The notes under the pieces were generated by a model. It made no database searches and was not told the origin of the DNA. It saw only the letters and a list, made by a program, of their open reading frames with translations. Below, piece by piece: positions 28,871-37,714 of a DNA stretch of 64,000 nt (position 1 is its first letter; every line of letters begins with the position of its first letter). Source of the stretch: a virus. The stretch covers positions 1 to 64,000 of IMG/VR virus record IMGVR_UViG_3300045988_116039; one strand, 5' to 3'. The translations under genes were made by a program, and so were the position numbers.

Positions 28871-29045
28871 AACTTTTTTGTTTTATTGTTTGTGAGATGC
28901 CCAGAATCGAACCAGGACCGGCACATACGCACCGGCACGCCGCGTCATCCCCTCTATGATGCAGAAATAGGCATGCCTATCCTCACGAACCGACATGCCA
29001 AAACCCAAAACTTAATTTGATGAATAAAATAGATTAACAAAAATA

Positions 29046-29360
29046 CTATTCTAATTCTTTTATAATATCTTTCACAATATTCAGCCTTACCTCCTTCGTT
29101 TCTGGACTAAGACAACCAAACCACCCATAAAACGTTCTTGTTTCCTCTGGTTCTGTGGCCATACTTATCTTCTCTTCCAATTCCGGGAAATATATTCTCA
29201 CCATTTCGTCTGAACGAAACTCATAGATATTTTTATGTGTTTTGAAATACATAAACACTACATTTCTTAACGCAACACATATGTATTCCCCATCCTCTAA
29301 CCTATCAATCATCTCATATACCTTTTTCCATATGAATAATCGCTCTTCTTTTGCAAACAT
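29046..29360 (-). CDS. Hypothetical protein
   Basis: ORF of 104 aa. Confidence 0.5.
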   Translation of the reverse strand: MFAKEERLFIWKKVYEMIDRLEDGEYICVALRNVVFMYFKTHKNIYEFRSDEMVRIYFPELEEKISMATEPEETRTFYGWFGCLSPETKEVRLNIVKDIIKELE

Positions 29361-29386
29361 ATCTTTCTTTATTTTTGTGGTATTAT

Positions 29387-29716
29387 TTAACTGTACGCAG
29401 ACTTTTCCATGTACACAATACTATGCTCCTGTCCAAGTATTTTCTTTGCTGCTTCTTTCTTTATCGCGCAATATCTCCCTGTACGATACGGATTCTTTTG
29501 ATCTGATCCATCCTCAACTTCGATAATAAAACAACCTCCGTCATCTATTATCTTTTTGCAATTGTCACATATTTCTCCCGTGCATATATGATGCGGCGCC
29601 TGCCCTTTGATGTTATTCCCTAATAAAGCAATCCCCATCTCTTCACCGCATACTATGCATAGTTCTATGGATGGATTCAACCCATGCTCTGGATGCAATA
29701 CAATACCATCTTTCAT
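29387..29716 (-). CDS. Zinc-ribbon protein
   Basis: CIVCGEE...HHICTGEICDNCKK. Confidence 0.5.
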   Translation of the reverse strand: MKDGIVLHPEHGLNPSIELCIVCGEEMGIALLGNNIKGQAPHHICTGEICDNCKKIIDDGGCFIIEVEDGSDQKNPYRTGRYCAIKKEAAKKILGQEHSIVYMEKSAYS

Positions 29717-30117
29717 TTTCTATCCTCCTTTATTAATTCTATTATAAACTTTTTATCTTGTTCCCACAATGGCAGCCCTTCTTTTACTGTGTATGCCACT
29801 GTTTCCCTCTCTCCTATTAATCGCACGGCAATCTCTCTTGCTTTCAAGTCATCCTCCTCATGCGATTTGTTTATTAAATCATAGGCACATGATTCCACCT
29901 TTTGCCTTTCGATTATTATCGAACCCATTAACTCGCTTATATGCGATCCTAAAAACGATAAGACATTAATAGCTTTCCCAATATCATTTGAAATAGCACT
30001 TGCTAAATACATCTTATCCATATACTCCGGCAAAGCCTCGTATGCCGTTTCTATGTTTTTATACTGATTTTCGTTTACCTCCCTTTTAATCAGTTCTTCA
30101 AATTCTTCTTTTAACAT
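29713..30117 (-). CDS. Hypothetical protein
   Basis: 134 aa. The tRNA-like motif lies about 15-40 nt upstream of its ATG. Confidence 0.5.
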   Translation of the reverse strand: MLKEEFEELIKREVNENQYKNIETAYEALPEYMDKMYLASAISNDIGKAINVLSFLGSHISELMGSIIIERQKVESCAYDLINKSHEEDDLKAREIAVRLIGERETVAYTVKEGLPLWEQDKKFIIELIKEDRK

Positions 30118-30452
30118 GTTCTTCCCTATTTTAATGTTGTGTGAGATCGCCGGAATCGAACCAGCCTACCGCACCATGAATCCCATAAAGCAAATGCTCC
30201 GATCTTCGCAGACGGGAGCATTCTGTCTAAAGCATAAGAAAATTAATGAAGAAATTTTTCTCACTTACGCCATAGCATCTAAAATAGCTATCAGCACTAT
30301 TTCTATGACAAACATAATAGAAAATATCTTAAATGCCTTTTTCATATCGCTATCTCCTCCTTTTTATTTTTTTTAGTTCCACAATAAACTGTTCCGGCTC
30401 TGCTCCGAACTACGTTCCACCTACAACCGCAGGCCTTAGCCCAAGGCGCCGC

Positions 30453-30722
30453 CTACTCCCCCTCTATGGCAGCCTGTTCGTACCTACAAATCCAATCTCC
30501 ATCTATACAACTATCACTACGCGATAATAAACATTTATCCTTATAACAATCATAAAAAATACACCTATCACAACTGTAATCCTTAACGTCTACACAGCTA
30601 ACTACCTTAGCATATACTATTCCATCACTGCCTTCTATTCCTTTTACCCCGAAAATAGAACCTTCTACCTCCTTACTCAAATCTAAGTCAGGCGCAAAGT
30701 CATATACGTTCATACCATCCAT
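30453..30722 (-). CDS. Small Cys-rich protein (CDRCIF motif), paralog of 12492-12689
   Basis: ...YSCDRCIFYDCYKDKCLLSRSDSCIDGDWIC. Confidence 0.45.
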   Translation of the reverse strand: MDGMNVYDFAPDLDLSKEVEGSIFGVKGIEGSDGIVYAKVVSCVDVKDYSCDRCIFYDCYKDKCLLSRSDSCIDGDWICRYEQAAIEGE

Positions 30723-31624
30723 ATTTTAATTGTTAAACATCCCGCTTAAAAAAAAATACTCACATAATGCAGTCCTCAACCCTTAATCTGTTGGAAGGAA
30801 CCTATATAATGCTGTTTTAAACCCTTATCATATTGAATTTTGTGGAAATGATCTACAGAACACTGTTTTAAAACGCTTATCTATTGAATTTTGTTGGTAG
30901 GGAGTGCCCTCCCTCTCCCCCTCTCCAACCCCGGCTAATCCTCCGGCTTTCCGCATAGAACCTGCGCTCTCGGCCTCACTACCGGCATACGGAGAGCGCT
31001 ACAAGCTTATACTCTGGCATGAAGTATGGGGTATTTAGAGATAATATCATTCCATAGAGAGAATAGAGAGCCTTCAGCCCACGCCCTACCGCCTGCTCCT
31101 CCTATCAAGATAGATATTTAAGCCTATAATCAAAGCCAATAAAGAAAAGCAAAAGACCATTACAATATTATACTGATCCGGTCCGTACTCCAACATAGAG
31201 CGAATACCAACCGACAGAAAATACAAGTCAGCTACTAATAAAAACCACCACATAAAATAAAAAAAATACAATAAGTATGTCCGAAAATACGGGGATTATA
31301 AAACCTAACTAATTGATAATCAAGCATACATAATTTTTAAGAAAAGTACAATAAGCCTAATTTTCAATCCATAGAGACGAAAAAGGCGGAATCCGGAACC
31401 CTATTTTGGGCCAGAAAACCGCATAAAGTTTCGTTTTAGACCAATTTTAACGACATGATATAGACAAAATACCGGCATTATATCCAAACTATCCTATTTT
31501 AGTTTCGTTTTAGACCAATATAGCTTACATCCGCCGTTCACTCTCAGAATATCCTACCCGTAAATAGAAAGAGTAGGATACAAAAATAGGGCTGCTCCGA
31601 TATTCGAAACAACCCTACTCCTGT

Positions 31625-31831
31625 TTAAATACTGTTTATGTTTTCCTTCACGTAAGTTCGTGATGTATGGACTTTACGTTTGCATTTGTCCTTTCCCGTA
31701 TCGGCATGATACGCTTCTTTGAGATCACGATACAACATAAATTCCCGATACGCTCTTTTCCGCTTTTCTTTAGCTTCTTTCCTGGACAGACCGCGGACGT
31801 CTACCATATGAGATTTAAATTTCCTTTCCAT
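31625..31831 (-). CDS. Small basic hypothetical protein
   Basis: 68 aa and Lys/Arg-rich, in a gene-poor region. Confidence 0.35.
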   Translation of the reverse strand: MERKFKSHMVDVRGLSRKEAKEKRKRAYREFMLYRDLKEAYHADTGKDKCKRKVHTSRTYVKENINSI

Positions 31832-31861
31832 TTTCTTTATGCTTTAATTATGATTAACTCC

Positions 31862-32035
31862 AGCGGTTAAGAGCTTCGATATAGAAACCCTCCGCTTCTT
31901 TATACTCATTTTCACTGAGTGTTTCCACCGTCTCGATATAGTTACGCAATGTTATTTTTACGCAGATGTTTTTAGATTTATTGAACGCTTCAGTTAAAGC
32001 GTTGATCATTTCTTTCTTTTCCATGTTATTATATT
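31862..32035 (-). CDS. Small hypothetical protein (57 aa), not in the ORF track
   Basis: ATG at 32035 encoding MEKKEMINALTEAFNKSK..., directly downstream of the third tRNA-like motif. Confidence 0.3.
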
Positions 32036-32609
32036 GTTTATAATTTAGAGGTTGCTCCGGAATCGAACCGAACGCGCATTCCTATCCTGTACGAATTTTA
32101 TGCTACAACCAACAGCCCGTAATTAGTACGTAGTTCTTGTGTACAGGCCCGTACTATGTTGTTATTATATTTTCCGTCTGCTACACAACTTAGCCACAAA
32201 TAAAGGCGATTGTGTCCTTGCGCTTTGATATATCACGCTCCTACATGGTAGGCTACATGTTTATACCCTGTAATTTAATCTACAGCCTTGTCCTATTTTA
32301 CGTGTAGGCAAGTAAGACACGTTTCGGTCTGGAGATAAACCGCGTACAACGGTATGTTTTCCAAACTGTACTAACATACCTAACATAAACCACACTTATT
32401 TAGTGCAGTTCATGCAGCAATACCGTATTTTTAATTGCCAACGGCTTCGATACCGGTATATCTATCTCCAATATGTAAAATAACTCTCTGTTTTGTCAGC
32501 TTCAGTCTAAAGCATACGCGGGACGTGCACCCACTGACAACGGCGTACAGACGCGTTTAACGGTACGCGTCAAACCTTTGGAGAGCTTAACGGCGCTCTC
32601 CGTGCCTTG

Positions 32610-33155
32610 TTACTGCTGGTTGCTTTCATGTGCGAGGTATTCACTTACACACTTTGCCACAGTGCGAATAGAATAAGATTTGATCTTAACAGCCACATAA
32701 GTGGATTTGTACTCGTCGGTTTCTTTTACCAACCATTTAGTACTTTTTTTATTCTCCAATGATTCGGCAGTAGTAAAACCAAATGCTTTATATTCGCTAC
32801 CGTAAACCACATTCTCAGCGCACCAATCAGCCGTTTTAGCTTCAATTCCTTTTTCTTTGTCTACTTTGTTATCCTTATATACTTTAGAGTATAAAGTAAA
32901 CTTAACAAAGATATCATCTACTTTCGGTAACATTTGGCTACATACCGTCACCAGGCGTTTTTTATCTTTGGCGAGGGTTGCTACCTTTACGGCGTATTCT
33001 GCCGGTATTTCTAAAGCCTTACAAATAGCTTTCAAATCAGCACCATTAGAAAATAGAGCGTTGTACAACTTAACCGCACCTACCAAATTTGCAGCATTTT
33101 CTTTAATAACAGCATTCTGTAGTTTGTTTACATTTTTTTTCGTAATCATATCCAA
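32610..33155 (-). CDS. Hypothetical protein
   Basis: 181 aa, followed by two tandem hairpins. Confidence 0.55.
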   Translation of the reverse strand: MDMITKKNVNKLQNAVIKENAANLVGAVKLYNALFSNGADLKAICKALEIPAEYAVKVATLAKDKKRLVTVCSQMLPKVDDIFVKFTLYSKVYKDNKVDKEKGIEAKTADWCAENVVYGSEYKAFGFTTAESLENKKSTKWLVKETDEYKSTYVAVKIKSYSIRTVAKCVSEYLAHESNQQ

Positions 33156-33627
33156 TATATTTTAATTGTTAAACAAATGATATTCAATTTAATGACCCAC
33201 AACGCAGGCAATTACAGATACATATATAGTTCACCCAACGGGTACACTATATAGGTTCACTATGTTAACTCGTGATCTCTCTCGATCACGACGCAAATAT
33301 ACGACATTTATCAATACAACAAATATATATGCTATCTTTTTTTTGTTAACTTGTATTAATTTCGATTCTATTATATGATTATCAGCAAGTTATAAAACGA
33401 ACGAGAGTAGTATTATACGCGTACATTAATATGTAGAATATATGCTTATTTAAGCGGCTTATAATCAATATGTTATAATAACACATTGATTATCAATAAT
33501 TTAAATAAGTGATTGATAATCAGAGAGTTTGTGGGTTTGAGGTAAAAACGCGTTTTCGGTTTTCCAGTGAAGGGGGTGCGGGGGAGAAAACGCGTTTCGG
33601 GGGCGGGAGGTTCGTGATAGGTACCCC

Positions 33628-33745
33628 CTCTCTCCCATCACATAAACCTCTTTCTCATATCTCTCCCATCACATAAACCTCTTTCTCATATCTCTCCCAT
33701 CACATAAACATTTCACCATTCCTCTCCCTCATCACATAAAAATAT
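33628..33745. repeat. Tandem direct repeats, about 31-bp unit (CTCTCCCATCACATAAACCTCTTTCTCATAT) x about 3.7, with degenerate last copies
   Basis: Direct read of 33628-33745. Intergenic. Confidence 0.85.
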
Positions 33746-33811
33746 GGGGAACCTATCCAAAGTTCCCCATACTTATTTTACGACGGTAATTATTTACTTT
33801 CCCATATTAGT

Positions 33812-34183
33812 TTATCTTCGGCTATTCCGATCTTTACTTCCTCGCACTTTCTCCCTATCCATCCATTGAGATACGAGAATGGTTCTGAGTTTTTTTACTT
33901 CTTCTCCTAAGAAATTAAAAGCTTCAGTAGAAACATGGGATGCTTCATGGCAAACTGTTTCAAAATCAATTATTTTCTTATTAAGAAACCATATCAAAAA
34001 TCCCGTATTAGGATTTAATTTACACCCTCCGTATGGAACGGATACAGTTACAGCCTTGCTATTATCTACGTAACTAAAATCGTTATTGAAACATTCTACC
34101 ATGCCAGATACGTCTTTTCCTACGTATATCCACAGATTAAAAGGATAGACTTCCGGATAGAACTGATATAATTCACGCTTCAT
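33812..34183 (-). CDS. Putative small zinc metallopeptidase (HExxH)
   Basis: 123 aa with an HEASH motif (TVCHEASHVSTEAF). Confidence 0.45.
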   Translation of the reverse strand: MKRELYQFYPEVYPFNLWIYVGKDVSGMVECFNNDFSYVDNSKAVTVSVPYGGCKLNPNTGFLIWFLNKKIIDFETVCHEASHVSTEAFNFLGEEVKKLRTILVSQWMDREKVRGSKDRNSRR

Positions 34184-35136
34184 TTCGATAAAAGTTTTTT
34201 ACTTTCAAGGAAGTCCTTAAACTGGTCACTTGATACGTCTATAACGAATCCAGCAGCACCAGCATGTCCTCCACCACCGAATCTCTTACTTACCTCACAG
34301 CAATCTACGCTGTCTTCTACGCATTCGTAAAGAGAGAACCTAACTTTTCCACATGGCATGATACAAAATGGCATCAGGGCTTTAATTTTTCTACCGTCTA
34401 ACCAGTCCGGTGTAAGAGAATCAAATACCTTAGAGCTAAATTCAGCGGTATTCATAGCCATAACCTTAACCTCGTCGACGTAAGCTTCGAACGAGTACCT
34501 ACTTACCTCATCTTCGTTTTTACAAGCCATGTAATTAATTATAGCACGTCCTTCTTTAGCAAGATCATAAAAAATAAGATCAATTTCATTGTCTTTCATG
34601 TTTTCTTTAAAGTGATCATATAAATACGACAATGCAATCAATACATTGAGTCTTATTTTTGATCTCAAGGCATACTGGACAGCTACTACCGTATCCCAGC
34701 CTAAGCCAGATTCTTTATTCCACACATCGTAGTCTGACAGGCATCGGACGATCGCCGGCACCTTCCCCATAAGCAGGTCCGAAGCCAGAGCGCACGCACC
34801 GACACCGACCCTCCTCAACCCTGGAACTACGAACCCCCATGTCTTACTGTCCTCAATAATTCCCTTGTGGTGATCTATCCACATCAGGCTCTTCCCTTCA
34901 TCAAGCCACTTTTTGAAAACAGTTTTAGAATCGGCTCCAAAAGACACGTCAAGAACATAAACAACATCTAAGTCACGTACTTGGTCAACAACTTTCTTAA
35001 CATCATCTTCATACGAATACGGGATATAAACAACATCCTTGTTTTTACTGTTTTCGTACATGGTTGCGATGGCTGCCGATACAACGCCATCTAAATCCGA
35101 TTTATGATAAACTATCGCTGTTTTCTTTACTTTCAT
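34180..35136 (-). CDS. DHH/DHHA1-family phosphoesterase (NrnA/oligoribonuclease-pAp phosphatase-like)
   Basis: DHH motifs DLDGVVSAA and IDHHK, and the DHHA1 motif GGGGHAGAAG. About 318 aa, as in NrnA. Confidence 0.7.
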   Translation of the reverse strand: MKVKKTAIVYHKSDLDGVVSAAIATMYENSKNKDVVYIPYSYEDDVKKVVDQVRDLDVVYVLDVSFGADSKTVFKKWLDEGKSLMWIDHHKGIIEDSKTWGFVVPGLRRVGVGACALASDLLMGKVPAIVRCLSDYDVWNKESGLGWDTVVAVQYALRSKIRLNVLIALSYLYDHFKENMKDNEIDLIFYDLAKEGRAIINYMACKNEDEVSRYSFEAYVDEVKVMAMNTAEFSSKVFDSLTPDWLDGRKIKALMPFCIMPCGKVRFSLYECVEDSVDCCEVSKRFGGGGHAGAAGFVIDVSSDQFKDFLESKKLLSK

Positions 35137-35980
35137 GATATAAGCTTGTATATTTGATACTACCGTCTTTTAATGTTTCTATTTTTATAACATCACTATA
35201 TGAATTAAAATTCTGATCTTTATCAATCCTTATATTCAGCACATCATCTACGGTTGCAGTTTTTCCATCATCGGTTTCAATCTTATAAAAATCTTTTAAA
35301 GTGATTTTTATATTAAGACCAACCCCATATGGATTTTCAAGGATATATATATGATCGTTGTTTAGAATAACTATTCCTTCACTTGTATGTTCTTTGGACA
35401 ATACATATTCTAAATCAAGATCTTTATCCAAAAATGTAGTAATATCCATATAGTTAATACCGGAATTATAGGCACATACCTTATCCGAATCAGAGAACTG
35501 CCCTGGCAGACCACTGGCGTCCCCGACCATTAACGAACATCCCTTAAGTTGACTGAAGTTCATACCGCGCATTACCGTGTCTTTACACTTCATAAGAATA
35601 TCATCAATCATGCCCGTATTAGGCTTCCTCATCGGATTTTGTTCGTCATTTGAATAACACAACCTTTTTTCATATAGGACGCCTCTTATGCCTCTCTTTA
35701 CCGCCAGATCATGTACGGACCTCAGTACGTATTCTATCTTAGCTTCAATATCAGCTCCAGAAACAAACCCAGCTTCTACTCCTCCTTGATTGCTTACGAT
35801 AGCAAATACCTTAACACCGTTCTCCTGCATGAGGTCAAGAGCCTTATTCACCACATCCATCTTAATCCTCATATCTGTCAAGTCTGTAGCGAACGTATTC
35901 CCAGAAGCGGTTTCTATAAGCGTTCCATCAAAATCAAACAATAATATTCGTTTGGATTTTATATCAATATCTTGTACCAT
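35102..35980 (-). CDS. HAD-superfamily phosphatase (PNK 3'-phosphatase / GmhB-like) with a C-terminal extension
   Basis: LFDFDGTL (motif I), IVSNQ (II), RKPNTGM (III), MVGDASG...DSD (IV). The ORF track extends to 36043. An ATG at 35980 abuts the upstream stop and is the likelier start. Confidence 0.6.
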   Translation of the reverse strand: MVQDIDIKSKRILLFDFDGTLIETASGNTFATDLTDMRIKMDVVNKALDLMQENGVKVFAIVSNQGGVEAGFVSGADIEAKIEYVLRSVHDLAVKRGIRGVLYEKRLCYSNDEQNPMRKPNTGMIDDILMKCKDTVMRGMNFSQLKGCSLMVGDASGLPGQFSDSDKVCAYNSGINYMDITTFLDKDLDLEYVLSKEHTSEGIVILNNDHIYILENPYGVGLNIKITLKDFYKIETDDGKTATVDDVLNIRIDKDQNFNSYSDVIKIETLKDGSIKYTSLYHESKENSDSLS

Positions 35981-35981
35981 A

Positions 35982-36404
35982 TCATTCTCCTTTCTCAAAC
36001 TTACTTTTCTTAATCTCTTTCGGAACCAGGCAGAACACACCATCTTCGTCCTTAACCTTCACAATATCATAAACCGCATACTGATTATCACCGATATCCC
36101 AACCTAACGAAGACAGTACATCACGGAGGTAAATACGTCTATATTTCTCACCTTGTTTATTTAATAAAAACGATCTCTCGTCTTCTACCTTAGAAGGAGC
36201 TATATACAAATTAGAATCCAACACCCCTTTAAACTCAGCTCCTTCTTCCATACCAATAATAACCGCATCTTCGATACCCATCCATTTCAGATTGTCCACC
36301 GATATGGTCATAATCCGATCTTTGCTAATAGAAAGCTTTCTGATTTTAGCTTCTTTTGTCTTAGAACCTACATAGGTTTTACTGCTTAAAAAGTTTATCT
36401 TCAT
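35982..36404 (-). CDS. Hypothetical protein
   Basis: ORF of 140 aa. Confidence 0.5.
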   Translation of the reverse strand: MKINFLSSKTYVGSKTKEAKIRKLSISKDRIMTISVDNLKWMGIEDAVIIGMEEGAEFKGVLDSNLYIAPSKVEDERSFLLNKQGEKYRRIYLRDVLSSLGWDIGDNQYAVYDIVKVKDEDGVFCLVPKEIKKSKFEKGE

Positions 36405-36483
36405 GATATAATGTTTTTAAATTGTATCGCAAATATACGCAATAATATAAACAATACAATTTAAAAACAATTAAAATATGATA

Positions 36484-37470
36484 TTATAATACAGGTAATT
36501 TTTTGAACTGCTCTGGAGCCACCTCGGATATGATTCCACGGAAAGCAAGACGCGAACCGAAGTACGAACTCGCGCCCAACGCGTTGCGAGACGCATACGC
36601 ATACGCCACGCCACTACTCGTATCCGAGCCGCTATAGGAGCGCGCCAAAACAAGGGAGCTGTCTGATGACTGACTATAGTAATCTGAATAATGCATGGAA
36701 TCGTTACCGCCAACATTTGTCGGCACCACATCGAAAAACGGACCGTTTTCCGCTGCGATATTCGTTATCCAGCCATTGGAAGTTCCGGCGTTCACATTGC
36801 GAGTCGATCCGTCTGGGTCGGTGATTTTCCAAACTCGGTTGTTGATTTCTACACCTTCAACCCATTCATAGATACCACCAAAAACCCCTTCCAAACCTAA
36901 GCCGCAAACGTACTTTGAACTTTCGTTTTTGGTATCCGCACCGCCGGTTGCGTTGCTGCTTCCCGTTGTTGTAGCCGGATTATTATTTGCGCCACCTAAT
37001 CCTAATACAGATTGAATATTACGTGTTTTGTACTTAGCATACAACATCATAGCAATCACGCAATGTTGTTGAAAATCTATCATCTGAAACCCGGTACCAC
37101 GCGCTTTCGCATAACCTTCAAAATCGTTGAATGATTTTGAAGTTGTAGGACTAACACCACTCCAGCTATATAATCCATTCAAAGATACATATCCTTTATA
37201 TGCTCCAACAAGAGATTCCGGGACATGGATGTAAGTGCCGTCAATATCATGATCAGCAAAATGATAAAGAAATCTATTATCATCCACCTTATACCATTTA
37301 TACCAAAATTCTAAGAAAACGACCATCACATCACCTTCTGGTCCGGTAAGATTAGCCTGACTACCATCAAGATACAAATTGCTGTTGTCTTCCTTCAACC
37401 TACATACAAAAACCTCTCCTCCTCCCATAGCGCTCTTGCAAAGAACTCTATAAAAGCCACTTGTAATCAA
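36484..37470 (-). CDS. Hypothetical Gly/Ser-rich protein. As annotated it starts at a TTG, but it is probably the body of a longer gene beginning at 37598 (MRRRFFNKIGGG) that is frameshifted at a G8 tract.
   Basis: The frame is open upstream through the G tract to a TAA at 37579-37581. An ATG at 37598 in the +1 frame has a start context identical to gene 1061. Confidence 0.55.
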   Translation of the reverse strand: MITSGFYRVLCKSAMGGGEVFVCRLKEDNSNLYLDGSQANLTGPEGDVMVVFLEFWYKWYKVDDNRFLYHFADHDIDGTYIHVPESLVGAYKGYVSLNGLYSWSGVSPTTSKSFNDFEGYAKARGTGFQMIDFQQHCVIAMMLYAKYKTRNIQSVLGLGGANNNPATTTGSSNATGGADTKNESSKYVCGLGLEGVFGGIYEWVEGVEINNRVWKITDPDGSTRNVNAGTSNGWITNIAAENGPFFDVVPTNVGGNDSMHYSDYYSQSSDSSLVLARSYSGSDTSSGVAYAYASRNALGASSYFGSRLAFRGIISEVAPEQFKKLPVL

Positions 37471-37563
37471 CCTATTTAAAAAATCACTGTCTTCGCTTAT
37501 TGTTATATTAGCCGGATCTGATACAGATTTATCAAAAACTATAAAATTATCAGTAGGTAAATA

Positions 37564-37571
37564 CCCCCCCC
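37564..37571 (-). repeat. Homopolymeric G8 tract (C8 on the + strand) at the 5' end of gene 36484-37470; putative slipped-strand phase-variation site (currently OFF)
   Basis: Direct read: ataCCCCCCCCtat. G9 would fuse ATG-AGA-AGA-AGA-TTT-TTT-AAC-AAA-ATA-GGG... to the downstream ORF. Confidence 0.85.
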
Positions 37572-37714
37572 TATTTTGTTAAAAAATCTTCTTCTCATAA
37601 TTGTCTTATTTTGGGATAAAGATAACTTTTAATTTATGAATATGAATAATATGATTTTCGTATAATAAACCTATCTTTGTCAAGATATTAATTAACTACA
37701 AAATTATTTATATT

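Noticed and set aside
28883-28990. Calling the GGTTCGATTC-containing elements at 28.9, 30.1 and 32.05 kb as tRNA genes
   Set aside because: I could not build a complete cloverleaf for any of them by hand. In copy A the T-stem is unpaired (CCTGG vs CTGGG), and copies A and B pair only 5-6 bp with sequence about 100 nt away. They are reported as tRNA-like motifs pending tRNAscan.
33628-33745. Possible CRISPR array (regular 31-bp repeats)
   Set aside because: The repeats are contiguous tandem copies with no intervening unique spacers and no cas genes nearby. They are classed as a tandem repeat or iteron instead.
36471-36731. ORF of 86 aa, same strand and alternate frame to gene 36484-37470 (and similar shadow ORFs 453-668, 1146-1328, 1948-2310, 37771-37956, 37991-38374, 62363-62855)
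   Set aside because: Fully embedded in longer ORFs with better coding features. No independent evidence.
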